Virus record (IMG/VR): IMGVR_UViG_2617270968_000009
Coordinates: 1 to 13,431 of that record
Direction: 5' to 3' (one strand)
DNA: 13,431 nt
DNA from: a virus
Lineage: Duplodnaviria > Heunggongvirae > Uroviricota > Caudoviricetes
Part shown: piece by piece, positions 7,303 through 13,431 of the stretch
How the letters are laid out: each line of letters opens with the position of its first letter
Numbering within the stretch: position 1 is the first letter of the stretch
Program-made: the position numbers and the translations under genes
The notes under the pieces: model-generated
Told to the model about the DNA's origin: nothing
The model's input: the letters and a program-made list of their open reading frames with translations, nothing else
Databases searched by the model: none

Positions 7303-7472
7303 TGGCTACACCGCTTATTCGTGTCATGAACGGGCACATTTACAGAGTACCAAATCGTCGTAAGCGTAAACCTGAGCTGAAGCCTTCCGAAATACCAACA
7401 CTGCTCGGATATACCGCCAGCCTGGTTGATAAAAAATGGTTGCGACTGGCAGCAAGGAGGAATCATGGCTGA
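7302..7472 (+). CDS. ninE: NinE-like small protein (56 aa)
   Basis: Hand translation [56 protein letters not shown]; start overlaps the ybcN stop (TAATG); conserved nin-region position. Confidence 0.7.
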   Translation: MATPLIRVMNGHIYRVPNRRKRKPELKPSEIPTLLGYTASLVDKKWLRLAARRNHG

Positions 7473-7755
7473 TTTGAGAAAAGCAGCGCGTGGTCGGGAA
7501 TGCCAGGTAAGAATCCCTGGCGTATGTAATGGCAACCCTGAAACGTCTGTACTGGCACATATCCGGCTGGCTGGATTGTGCGGCACCGGTATTAAACCGC
7601 CAGACCTTATTGCCACCATTGCCTGTTCTGCCTGTCACGCCGAAATCGACCGCCGCACGCATTTTGTCGATGCTGAGCACGCAAAAGAATGCGCGCTGGA
7701 AGGTATGGCGAGAACGCAGGTTATCTGGCTGAAAGAGGGGGTAATCAAGGCGTGA
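7465..7755 (+). CDS. ybcO: YbcO-like nin-region protein (Cys/His-rich, putative nuclease, 96 aa)
   Basis: ATG at 7465 with AGGAGG Shine-Dalgarno 5 nt upstream ([37 protein letters not shown]...); the track's longer 109-aa version starts upstream inside ninE. Confidence 0.85.
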   Translation: MADLRKAARGRECQVRIPGVCNGNPETSVLAHIRLAGLCGTGIKPPDLIATIACSACHAEIDRRTHFVDAEHAKECALEGMARTQVIWLKEGVIKA

Positions 7756-8114
7756 ATACTTACCACATCACACTACCCTGGCCTCCGAGCAATAATCGCT
7801 ATTACCGCCATAATCGCGGGCGCACGCACATCAGCGCAGAGGGGCAGGCATACCGCGATAACGTCGCCCGAATCATTAAAAACGCAATGCTGGATATCGG
7901 CCTGGCTATGCCTGTGAAAATCCGCATTGAGTGCCACATGCCGGATCGCCGTCGCCGTGACCTGGATAATCTGCAAAAAGCCGCTTTTGACGCACTCACT
8001 AAAGCAGGTTTCTGGCTGGATGATGCTCAGGTCGTTGATTACCGCGTTGTGAAGATGCCTGTTACCAAAGGTGGGAGGCTGGAACTGACCATCACCGAAA
8101 TGGGGAATGAATGA
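7752..8114 (+). CDS. rusA: RusA Holliday-junction resolvase (120 aa)
   Basis: GTG start overlapping the ybcO stop (GTGA); protein [119 protein letters not shown] recognised as RusA. Confidence 0.9.
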   Translation: MNTYHITLPWPPSNNRYYRHNRGRTHISAEGQAYRDNVARIIKNAMLDIGLAMPVKIRIECHMPDRRRRDLDNLQKAAFDALTKAGFWLDDAQVVDYRVVKMPVTKGGRLELTITEMGNE

Positions 8115-8251
8115 TGTTTGAGTTTAATATGGCAGAACTTCTTCGCCACCGCTGGGGGCGTCTGCGCTTATATCGTTTCCCCGGTTCTGTTTTGACCGAT
8201 TACCGAATACTGAAGAATTACGCCAAAACCCTGACAGGAGCAGGAGTATGA
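8111..8251 (+). CDS. ylcG: YlcG-like small protein (46 aa)
   Basis: Hand translation [46 protein letters not shown]; start overlaps the rusA stop (ATGA); same position as ylcG in DLP12. Confidence 0.65.
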   Translation: MMFEFNMAELLRHRWGRLRLYRFPGSVLTDYRILKNYAKTLTGAGV

Positions 8252-8336
8252 AGTCAGAGATAACAATCAACTAATACTGTTTTGTTGATTTTTGCTTGTA
8301 ATTGGCGTTCTGGTCTGATTTTTGTGGAGTAAGTTG

Positions 8337-8720
8337 ATGCGTGATATTCAGATGGTTCTTGAGCGTTGGGGATCGTGGGCGGCTAATAATCATGAAGATG
8401 TGACCTGGTCGTCCATTGCCGCCGGTTTTAAGGGATTAATTACTTCAAAAGTAAAATCTCGCCCGCAATGTTGTGACGATGACGCGATGATCATTTGCGG
8501 GTGCATGGCCCGTCTGAAAAAGAACAACAGCGATTTGCACGATTTATTAGTAGATTATTATGTAGTCGGTATGACATTCATGTCACTGGCAGGTAAGCAT
8601 TGCTGCTCTGATGGTTATATCGGGAAAAGGTTACAGAAGGCTGAGGGTATAATTGAAGGGATGTTAATGGCATTAGATATCCGGTTAGAGATGGATATCG
8701 TTGTTAATAACTCTAATTAA
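8337..8720 (+). CDS. quuD: Late-gene antiterminator Q (DLP12 QuuD-type, 127 aa)
   Basis: ATG at 8337 with GGAG 7 nt upstream; protein [26 protein letters not shown]... with Cys-rich segment ([17 protein letters not shown]); position immediately upstream of the lysis region. Confidence 0.8.
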   Translation: MRDIQMVLERWGSWAANNHEDVTWSSIAAGFKGLITSKVKSRPQCCDDDAMIICGCMARLKKNNSDLHDLLVDYYVVGMTFMSLAGKHCCSDGYIGKRLQKAEGIIEGMLMALDIRLEMDIVVNNSN

Positions 8721-8747
8721 TATGCCAGTTGTTTACTAAAAGTTATT

Positions 8748-8771
8748 AAAAATGGGGCGTTGAGACGCCCC
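8748..8771 (-). terminator. Intrinsic terminator for the minus-strand nmpC transcript
   Basis: Plus strand aaaaat-ggggcgt-tgag-acgcccc; on the minus strand this is a 7-bp GC stem followed by ATTTTT. Confidence 0.5.
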
Positions 8772-8859
8772 CAAAAATAAAGGGTAATATATAACAGAAG
8801 GTTTATATAGTTAGAAGCAAGGTTGTGCTTCTAAAGGAAGTGGCTTGAGGGAGCCACTT

Positions 8860-8900
8860 ATATGTTGGGGAGGCAACGCCTCCCGCAACATATCTTTTTC
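8860..8900 (+). terminator. Strong intrinsic terminator on the plus strand, downstream of Q (possible tR' or operon-end terminator)
   Basis: 15-bp interrupted stem atatgttg-gggaggc / gcctccc-(g)-caacatat (8860-8893) followed by CTTTTTC; ends 10 nt before the nmpC stop codon. Confidence 0.55.
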
Positions 8901-8909
8901 GTAATCAGA

Positions 8910-10007
8910 TTAGAACTGGTAAACCAGACCTACAGCAACGATGTCATCAGTGCTTACACCGAGTGCTTTAGTGAAGTCATTTTTGTCAAGCAGGTTGATT
9001 TTGTAATCAACGAAAGTAGACATATTTTTGTTGAAGTAATAGGTTGCACCTACATCAACATATTTGACTAAGTCCTGATCGCCCCATACTCCAAGATCCT
9101 TACCTTTAGATTGCAGGTAAGCAACGGACGGACGCAGACCGAAATCGAACTGATATTGTGCAACAGCTTCGAAGTTTTGAGCTTTATTAGCAACGAAGTG
9201 ATCAGCAAATACAGTCATATTCTGGGTTTCAGAATAGGTAGTGGCCAGGTAAATGTTGTTAGCGTCATATTTCAGACCTGCGGCCCAAACTTCTGCATTT
9301 TTACCGGAAGCAAATACTTCAGGAAGAACTTTCCCTGCATTAACTTGAGTGTCGGTACGATCAGATTTCGCATAAGTTGCACCGATACCGAATCCTTCGT
9401 ATTCATAGGTAGCAGAGAAACCGAAGCCATCACCGTTACCTTCAGTGTAGTTATCGAAATCGCTACGATCGTTTTTGCCTTGGTACTGAGCAGCAAAGTT
9501 CAGACCATCAACCAGACCAAAGAAGTCGTTGTTACGATAGGTTGCAACACCAGTGGTGCGACCAGTCATGAACACATCTGTTTGGGTCCAGGTATCGCCA
9601 CCGAATTCTGGCAGAACGTCAGTCCACGCACCGATGTCGTATGCTACACCGTAGTTACGGCCGTAATCGATGGAGCCGTAGTCACCGAATTTCAGGCCAG
9701 CGAAGGCAAGACGGGTTTTATCTTTGGAGGAACCTTGAGATTCAGCGCGGTTGCCTTTGAATTCATATTCCCACTGACCGAAACCAGTCAGTTGATCGTT
9801 GATTTGGGTTTCACCTTTGAAGCCAAGACGGGCATAAGTAGTATCACCATCATCTGCATCATTAGAGGAGAAGTAGTGCTTAGCATTAACTTTCCCGTAC
9901 AGATCCAGCTTGTTACTGTCTTTATTATAAATTTCAGCTGCCTGAGCAGACATCGCCATCAGTACTGATGCAGCTACAGCAGAAATTGCCACTGTTAATT
10001 TTTTCAT
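8910..10007 (-). CDS. nmpC: Outer-membrane general porin NmpC/OmpD-type (intact, 365 aa)
   Basis: Signal peptide [23 protein letters not shown] then AEIYNKD..., aromatic/Gly-rich beta-barrel repeats, C-terminal ...VGLVYQF; AAGGG Shine-Dalgarno upstream; uninterrupted (no IS element). Confidence 0.92.
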   Translation of the reverse strand: MKKLTVAISAVAASVLMAMSAQAAEIYNKDSNKLDLYGKVNAKHYFSSNDADDGDTTYARLGFKGETQINDQLTGFGQWEYEFKGNRAESQGSSKDKTRLAFAGLKFGDYGSIDYGRNYGVAYDIGAWTDVLPEFGGDTWTQTDVFMTGRTTGVATYRNNDFFGLVDGLNFAAQYQGKNDRSDFDNYTEGNGDGFGFSATYEYEGFGIGATYAKSDRTDTQVNAGKVLPEVFASGKNAEVWAAGLKYDANNIYLATTYSETQNMTVFADHFVANKAQNFEAVAQYQFDFGLRPSVAYLQSKGKDLGVWGDQDLVKYVDVGATYYFNKNMSTFVDYKINLLDKNDFTKALGVSTDDIVAVGLVYQF

Positions 10008-10376
10008 CGTGAGCCCTTTTTTTTGAACTATTATTAAAAAATGATGTCACTGCGCGATAAATATTCATCTAATCAATGTGATTATTTCAAGATGTAAGTT
10101 TTGGTTTCTCGTTTGATTTGTGAAGTAGATCTCTATTTTTATCTGAACTTTTTTCTATCGAATCCTATTCATAGCTCTTGGCTGAATAAAAATAAATCTA
10201 TTAGCCAATTTATATTAACGGCTGTTATTTATAAGCGCTCTATAATTTGAAGGTTCAATTTAAATCAGCTAAAATAACACTGGAAATTATTTGTTGGTTA
10301 TTTGTTGAGATTTGCTTATGTATTTGTAGTGGTGTTTTCAATACTCGGTAGCATTCTCGCAAATATCATTTAGTGG

Positions 10377-10405
10377 TTTACGTACGTAAAAAATTGGTTA
10401 TGCTG
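10377..10405 (+). promoter_or_regulatory. Candidate sigma70 promoter (TTTACG, 16-nt spacer, TATGCT), possible late promoter pR'
   Basis: Hexamers each match consensus at 4 of 6 positions; located about 30 nt upstream of a strong terminator and about 180 nt upstream of the holin gene, the geometry expected for pR'-tR'. Confidence 0.25.
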
Positions 10406-10434
10406 TTAAGAGTGGTTACTTCGTCACACAGCTT

Positions 10435-10467
10435 AAACCCGCCGTCGAGCGGGTTTTTCCATTTTTT
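10435..10467 (+). terminator. Intrinsic terminator upstream of the lysis cassette (candidate tR')
   Basis: Stem aaacccgc / gcgggttt with loop cgtcga (10435-10456) followed by TTTTTCCATTTTTT. Confidence 0.55.
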
Positions 10468-10579
10468 GAGTCTCGATATTAGCTGATAACCCAATACCTG
10501 AGTTATTCACTGACTCCGAGTCTGTTACGTTTCGTAGTATTCCCTCAATTTACACCCGCTTTGTCTGCGAGGTGGGGTT

Positions 10580-10795
10580 ATGAAATCCATGGATAAGTTA
10601 ACAACGGGTGTCGCCTATGGCACCTCAGCAGGTAGTGCCGGGTACTGGTTTTTACAGCTGCTAGATAAAGTCACGCCCTCACAGTGGGCGGCAATTGGAG
10701 TGCTGGGTAGCCTGGTATTTGGCCTGCTGACGTACCTGACAAACCTTTATTTCAAGATTAAAGAAGATAAGCGTAAGGCTGCGAGAGGTGAATAA
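10580..10795 (+). CDS. essD: Class II holin / pinholin, S21-type, with dual-start motif MKSM (71/68 aa)
   Basis: 71-aa [74 protein letters not shown]; two transmembrane segments; Met1-Lys2-Ser3-Met4 dual start; immediately upstream of the endolysin gene. Confidence 0.9.
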
Positions 10796-11292
10796 TGTCG
10801 CCATCATTACGCAAGGCTGTAGCAGCTGCTATTGGTGGTGGGGCTGTTGCCATAGCGTCTGTGCTCATCACTGGTCCGAGTGGTGACGATGGTCTGGAAG
10901 GTGTCAGCTACATACCATATAAAGATATCGTTGGCGTATGGACTGTATGTCACGGGCATACAGGAAAAGACATCATTCCCGGTAAAACGTATACCGAAGC
11001 AGAATGCAAAGCCCTCCTGAATAAAGACCTTGCCACTGTCGCCAGACAAATTAACCCGTACATCAAAGTCGATATACCGGAAACAACGCGCGGCGCTCTT
11101 TACTCGTTCGTCTACAACGTGGGTGCTGGCAATTTCAGAATATCGACGCTTCTTCGCAAAATAAACCAGGGTGATATCAAAGGCGCATGTGATCAGCTAC
11201 GTCGCTGGACATATGCTGGCGGTAAGCAATGGAAAGGTCTCATGACTCGTCGTGAGATTGAGCGTGAAATCTGTTTGTGGGGTAAGCAATGA
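10795..11292 (+). CDS. rrrD: SAR endolysin (signal-anchor-release lysozyme, R21-type, 165 aa)
   Basis: N-terminal weakly hydrophobic Gly/Ala-rich SAR segment ([20 protein letters not shown]) followed by a lysozyme domain; start overlaps the holin stop; recognised as DLP12 RrrD / phage 21 R-like. Confidence 0.9.
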   Translation: MSPSLRKAVAAAIGGGAVAIASVLITGPSGDDGLEGVSYIPYKDIVGVWTVCHGHTGKDIIPGKTYTEAECKALLNKDLATVARQINPYIKVDIPETTRGALYSFVYNVGAGNFRISTLLRKINQGDIKGACDQLRRWTYAGGKQWKGLMTRREIEREICLWGKQ

Positions 11293-11750
11293 ACAGAGTA
11301 ACCGCGATTATCTCCGCTCTGGTTATCTGCATCATCGTCTGCCTGTCATGGGCTGTTAATCATTACCGTGATAACGCCATTACCTACAAAGCCCAGCGCG
11401 ACAAAAATGCCAGAGAACTGAAGCTGGCGAACGCGGCAATTACTGACATGCAGATGCGCCAGCGTGATGTTGCTGCACTGGATGAAAAATACACGAAGGA
11501 GTTAGCTAATGCGAAAGCTGAAAATGATGCTCTGCGTGATGATGTTGCCGCTGGTCGTCGTCGGTTGCACATCAAAGCAGTCTGTCAGTCAGTGCGTGAA
11601 GCCACCACCGCCTCCGGCGTGGATAATGCAGCCTCCCCCCGACTGGCAGACACCGCTGAACGGGATTATTTCACCCTCAGAGAGAGGCTGATCACTATGC
11701 AAAAACAACTGGAAGGAACCCAGAAGTATATTAATGAGCAGTGCAGATAG
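11289..11750 (+). CDS. Rz: Rz inner-membrane spanin (i-spanin, 153 aa)
   Basis: [60 protein letters not shown]... near-identical to remembered lambda Rz; ATGA overlap with the endolysin stop. Confidence 0.92.
   Translation: MNRVTAIISALVICIIVCLSWAVNHYRDNAITYKAQRDKNARELKLANAAITDMQMRQRDVAALDEKYTKELANAKAENDALRDDVAAGRRRLHIKAVCQSVREATTASGVDNAASPRLADTAERDYFTLRERLITMQKQLEGTQKYINEQCR
11509..11691 (+). CDS. Rz1: Rz1 outer-membrane lipoprotein spanin (o-spanin), embedded in the +1 frame of Rz
   Basis: 60-aa [27 protein letters not shown]... with lipobox VVGC and proline-rich mature region ([15 protein letters not shown]), wholly inside Rz. Confidence 0.88.
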   Translation: MRKLKMMLCVMMLPLVVVGCTSKQSVSQCVKPPPPPAWIMQPPPDWQTPLNGIISPSERG

Positions 11751-11753
11751 AGC

Positions 11754-11771
11754 TGCCCATATCGATGGGCA
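11754..11771. terminator. Hairpin between convergent Rz and bor (tgcccat-atcg-atgggca), no U-tract on either strand
   Basis: 7-bp stem with 4-nt loop directly after the Rz stop; position fits a bidirectional transcript-end or stability element. Confidence 0.35.
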
Positions 11772-11781
11772 ACTCATGCAA

Positions 11782-12075
11782 TTATTGTGAGCAATACACA
11801 CGCGCTTCCAGCGGAGTATAAATGCCTAAAGTAATAAAACCGAGCAATCCATTTACGAATGTTTGCTGGGTTTCTGTTTTAACAACATTTTCTGCGCCGC
11901 CACAAATTTTGGCTGCATCAACAGTTTTCTCCTGTCCAATTCCCGAAACGAAGAAATGATGGGTGATGGTTTCCTTTGGTGTTACTGCTGTAGGTTTGTT
12001 TCCAACAGTAAACGTCTGTTGAGCACATCCTGTAATAAGCATTGCCAGAGCGGCAGAAAACAACATTTTTTTCAT
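11782..12075 (-). CDS. bor: Bor lipoprotein (serum-resistance moron, 97 aa)
   Basis: True start is the ATG at 12075 (MKKMLFSAALAMLITGC lipobox) with AGGA Shine-Dalgarno; the track ORF extends upstream to 12123; recognised as lambda Bor. Confidence 0.92.
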   Translation of the reverse strand: MKKMLFSAALAMLITGCAQQTFTVGNKPTAVTPKETITHHFFVSGIGQEKTVDAAKICGGAENVVKTETQQTFVNGLLGFITLGIYTPLEARVYCSQ

Positions 12076-12275
12076 CTTATTATCCTGCATTGTTAAAAAC
12101 GGCAGAATCCTATGTGACAACAATTAAACGATAGTTAAATGGATTGATGAAAATTAAAACTATATAGGTGTACGCTCAGACTATTGGAGGAAGTTGGGGA
12201 CACTCAGAATCCTGTGGAATGAAATAAACCGGTCTATCCGTCTATTACCCTTTTAGCTGCGCTGTATCGTCGCCG

Positions 12276-12340
12276 TATTCCCGCATTAACCATGACCGTA
12301 GCCCGACGGGGAATTCCTTCTGCGTGAGTGTGCGGGAATA
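12276..12340. repeat. Perfect 10-bp inverted repeat tattcccgca (12276-12285) / tgcgggaata (12331-12340) with 45-bp spacer
   Basis: Read directly from the sequence; lies in the non-coding interval between bor and the RHH-like gene; spacer contains ggggaattcc. Confidence 0.6.
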
Positions 12341-12437
12341 ATCAAAAACGATGCACACCGGGTTTTACTGTGCTGACAGACGCAGGGTTACCCTCATAGT
12401 CGCTTTTCCGGTGCGATGGTGGAAGAAACCGGGATGT

Positions 12438-12632
12438 TCATCCATCATCACTTTGGATTGATGTATATGCTCTCTTTTCTGACGTTAGTCTCCGACGGCA
12501 GGCTTCAATGACCCAGGCTGAGAAATTCCCGGACCCTTTTTGCTCAAGAGCGATGTTAATTTGTTCAATCATTTGGTTAGGAAAGCGGATGTTGCGGGTT
12601 GTTGTTCTGCGGGTTCTGTTCTTCGTTGACAT
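12438..12632 (-). CDS. ylcI: Small ribbon-helix-helix-like protein (64 aa; DLP12 YlcI / lambda right-end ORF homolog)
   Basis: ATG at 12632; MSTKNRTRRTTTRNIRFPNQMIEQINIALEQKGSGNFSAWVIEACRRRL... shows basic N-tail, short beta strand, then two helices (Arc/MetJ-like RHH pattern); last gene before cos. Confidence 0.7.
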   Translation of the reverse strand: MSTKNRTRRTTTRNIRFPNQMIEQINIALEQKGSGNFSAWVIEACRRRLTSEKRAYTSIQSDDG

Positions 12633-12779
12633 GAGGTTGCCCCGTATTCAGTGTCGCTGATTTGTATTGTCTGAAGTTGTTTTTACGTTAAGTTGATGCA
12701 GATCAATTAATACGATACCTGCGTCATAATTGATTATTTGACGTGGTTTGATGGCCTCCACGCACGTTGTGATATGTAG

Positions 12780-13020
12780 ATGATAATCATTATCACTTTA
12801 CGGGTCCTTTCCGGTGATCCGACAGGTTACGGGGCGGCGACCTCGCGGGTTTTCGCTATTTATGAAAATTTTCCGGTTTAAGGTGTTTCCGTTCTTCTTC
12901 GTCGTAACTTAATGTTTTTATTTAAAATACCCCCTGAAAAGAAAGGAAACGACAGGTGCTGAAAGCGGGCTTTTTGGCCTTTGTCGTTTCCTTTCTCTGT
13001 TTTTGTCCGTGGAATGAACA
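12780..13020. other. cos: cos site: cosQ / cosN / cosB; 12-nt cohesive-end sequence GGGCGGCGACCT at 12832-12843
   Basis: Sequence ...cgggtcctttccggtgatccgacaggttacg | gggcggcgacctcgcgggttttcgctatttatgaaaattttccggtttaagg... matches the lambda right-end/left-end junction; Nu1 begins 177 nt downstream. Confidence 0.93.
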
Positions 13021-13431
13021 ATGGAAGTCAACAAAAAGCAGCTGGCTGACATTTTCGGTGCGAGTATCCGTACCATTCAGAACTGGCAGGAACAGGGAAT
13101 GCCCGTTCTGCGAGGCGGTGGCAAGGGTAATGAGGTGCTTTATGATTCTGCCGCCGTCATAAAATGGTATGCCGAAAGGGATGCTGAAATTGAGAACGAA
13201 AAGCTGCGCCGGGAAGTTGAAGAACTGCGGCAGGCCAGCGAGACAGATCTCCAGCCAGGGACTATTGAGTACGAACGCCATCGACTTACGCGTGCGCAGG
13301 CCGACGCACAGGAGCTGAAAAATGCCAGAGACTCCGCTGAAGTGGTGGAAACCGCATTCTGTACTTTCGTGCTGTCGCGGATCGCAGGTGAAATTGCCAG
13401 TATTCTCGACGGGATCCCCCTGTCGGTGCAG
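13021..13431 (+). CDS. nu1: Terminase small subunit Nu1 (N-terminal 137 aa; truncated by window end)
   Basis: MEVNKKQLADIFGASIRTIQNWQEQGMPVLRGGGKGNEVLYDSAAVIKWYAERDAEIENEKLRREVEELRQ... near-identical to remembered lambda Nu1; no stop codon before the window end. Confidence 0.95.
   Translation, partial: MEVNKKQLADIFGASIRTIQNWQEQGMPVLRGGGKGNEVLYDSAAVIKWYAERDAEIENEKLRREVEELRQASETDLQPGTIEYERHRLTRAQADAQELKNARDSAEVVETAFCTFVLSRIAGEIASILDGIPLSVQ

Larger units (their letters stand above)
1310..13431. mobile_element. Lambdoid prophage (lambda/DLP12-type mosaic), left end at attL, continuing past the window end
   Basis: attL followed by int-xis, nin-region genes, Q, lysis cassette, bor, cos and Nu1 in the gene order expected for an integrated lambda-type genome. 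Confidence 0.9.

Noticed and set aside
7101-7680. Minus-strand ORFs 7101-7619 (172 aa) and 7324-7680 (118 aa)
   Set aside because: Antisense to ninB, ninE and ybcO, which are recognisable and translationally coupled; shadow ORFs.
7529-7999. Alternate-frame ORFs 7529-7732 (+), 7773-7976 (-), 7802-7999 (-) in ybcO/rusA
   Set aside because: Arg-rich alternate frames of confidently identified genes.
8862-9968. Plus-strand ORFs 8862-9071 and 9111-9968 (285 aa) and minus 9272-9496 within nmpC
   Set aside because: Antisense or alternate frames of the porin gene; the porin frame has signal peptide, Shine-Dalgarno and full beta-barrel length.
10807-11049. Minus-strand 80-aa ORF inside the endolysin gene
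   Set aside because: Antisense to the SAR endolysin; no start context.
11384-11801. Minus-strand ORFs 11384-11575 and 11589-11801 inside Rz
   Set aside because: Antisense frames; Rz and Rz1 already occupy two frames of this region.
11863-12096. Plus-strand 77-aa ORF opposite bor
   Set aside because: Antisense to the recognised Bor lipoprotein gene.
12922-13281. ORFs 12922-13281 (-) and 12956-13162 (+) across cos and the Nu1 start
   Set aside because: They overlap the cos site and run out of frame or antisense to Nu1, which matches the remembered lambda protein.
1-13431. Search for CRISPR arrays, tRNA/rRNA genes and IS/transposase ORFs
   Set aside because: No regularly spaced direct repeats, no tRNA-like cloverleaf candidates found by eye, and no transposase-like ORF; the lambda attachment site is not a tRNA gene.

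Overview
This window covers the left junction and about 12 kb of a lambdoid prophage integrated at the canonical lambda attachment site beside host gene ybhC. Everything here is read by eye from the sequence and the ORF track, with identities from recollection of phage lambda and E. coli K-12 DLP12 proteins; no database search or computation was run. Layout: ybhC (-), attL (B-O-P', core 1331-1345), then lambda-type early-left genes on the minus strand (int, xis, an orf55-like ORF, ea8.5, ea22, a TraR/DksA-like zinc-finger ORF, an orf61-position ORF, orf63). Next comes a visibly AT-rich ~1.5 kb insert (about 5170-6700) with a small hydrophobic protein gene (-) and two translationally coupled lipoprotein genes (+). 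A DLP12/nin-type block follows on the plus strand (33-aa ORF, ninB/ybcN, ninE, ybcO, rusA, ylcG, Q antiterminator), then an intact porin moron nmpC (-), a lysis cassette (dual-start S21-type holin, SAR endolysin, Rz with embedded Rz1), bor (-), a small RHH-like gene (-), cos (cosN 12832-12843) and the start of terminase small subunit Nu1, cut by the window end. No cI, cro, N, cII, cIII, O, P, exo, bet or gam homolog lies between orf63 and ninB, so the element looks like an immunity- and replication-deleted mosaic. No rRNA, tRNA, CRISPR array or transposase was seen. The best candidate for an undescribed system is the lipoprotein pair in the AT-rich insert; its function cannot be assigned from sequence alone.
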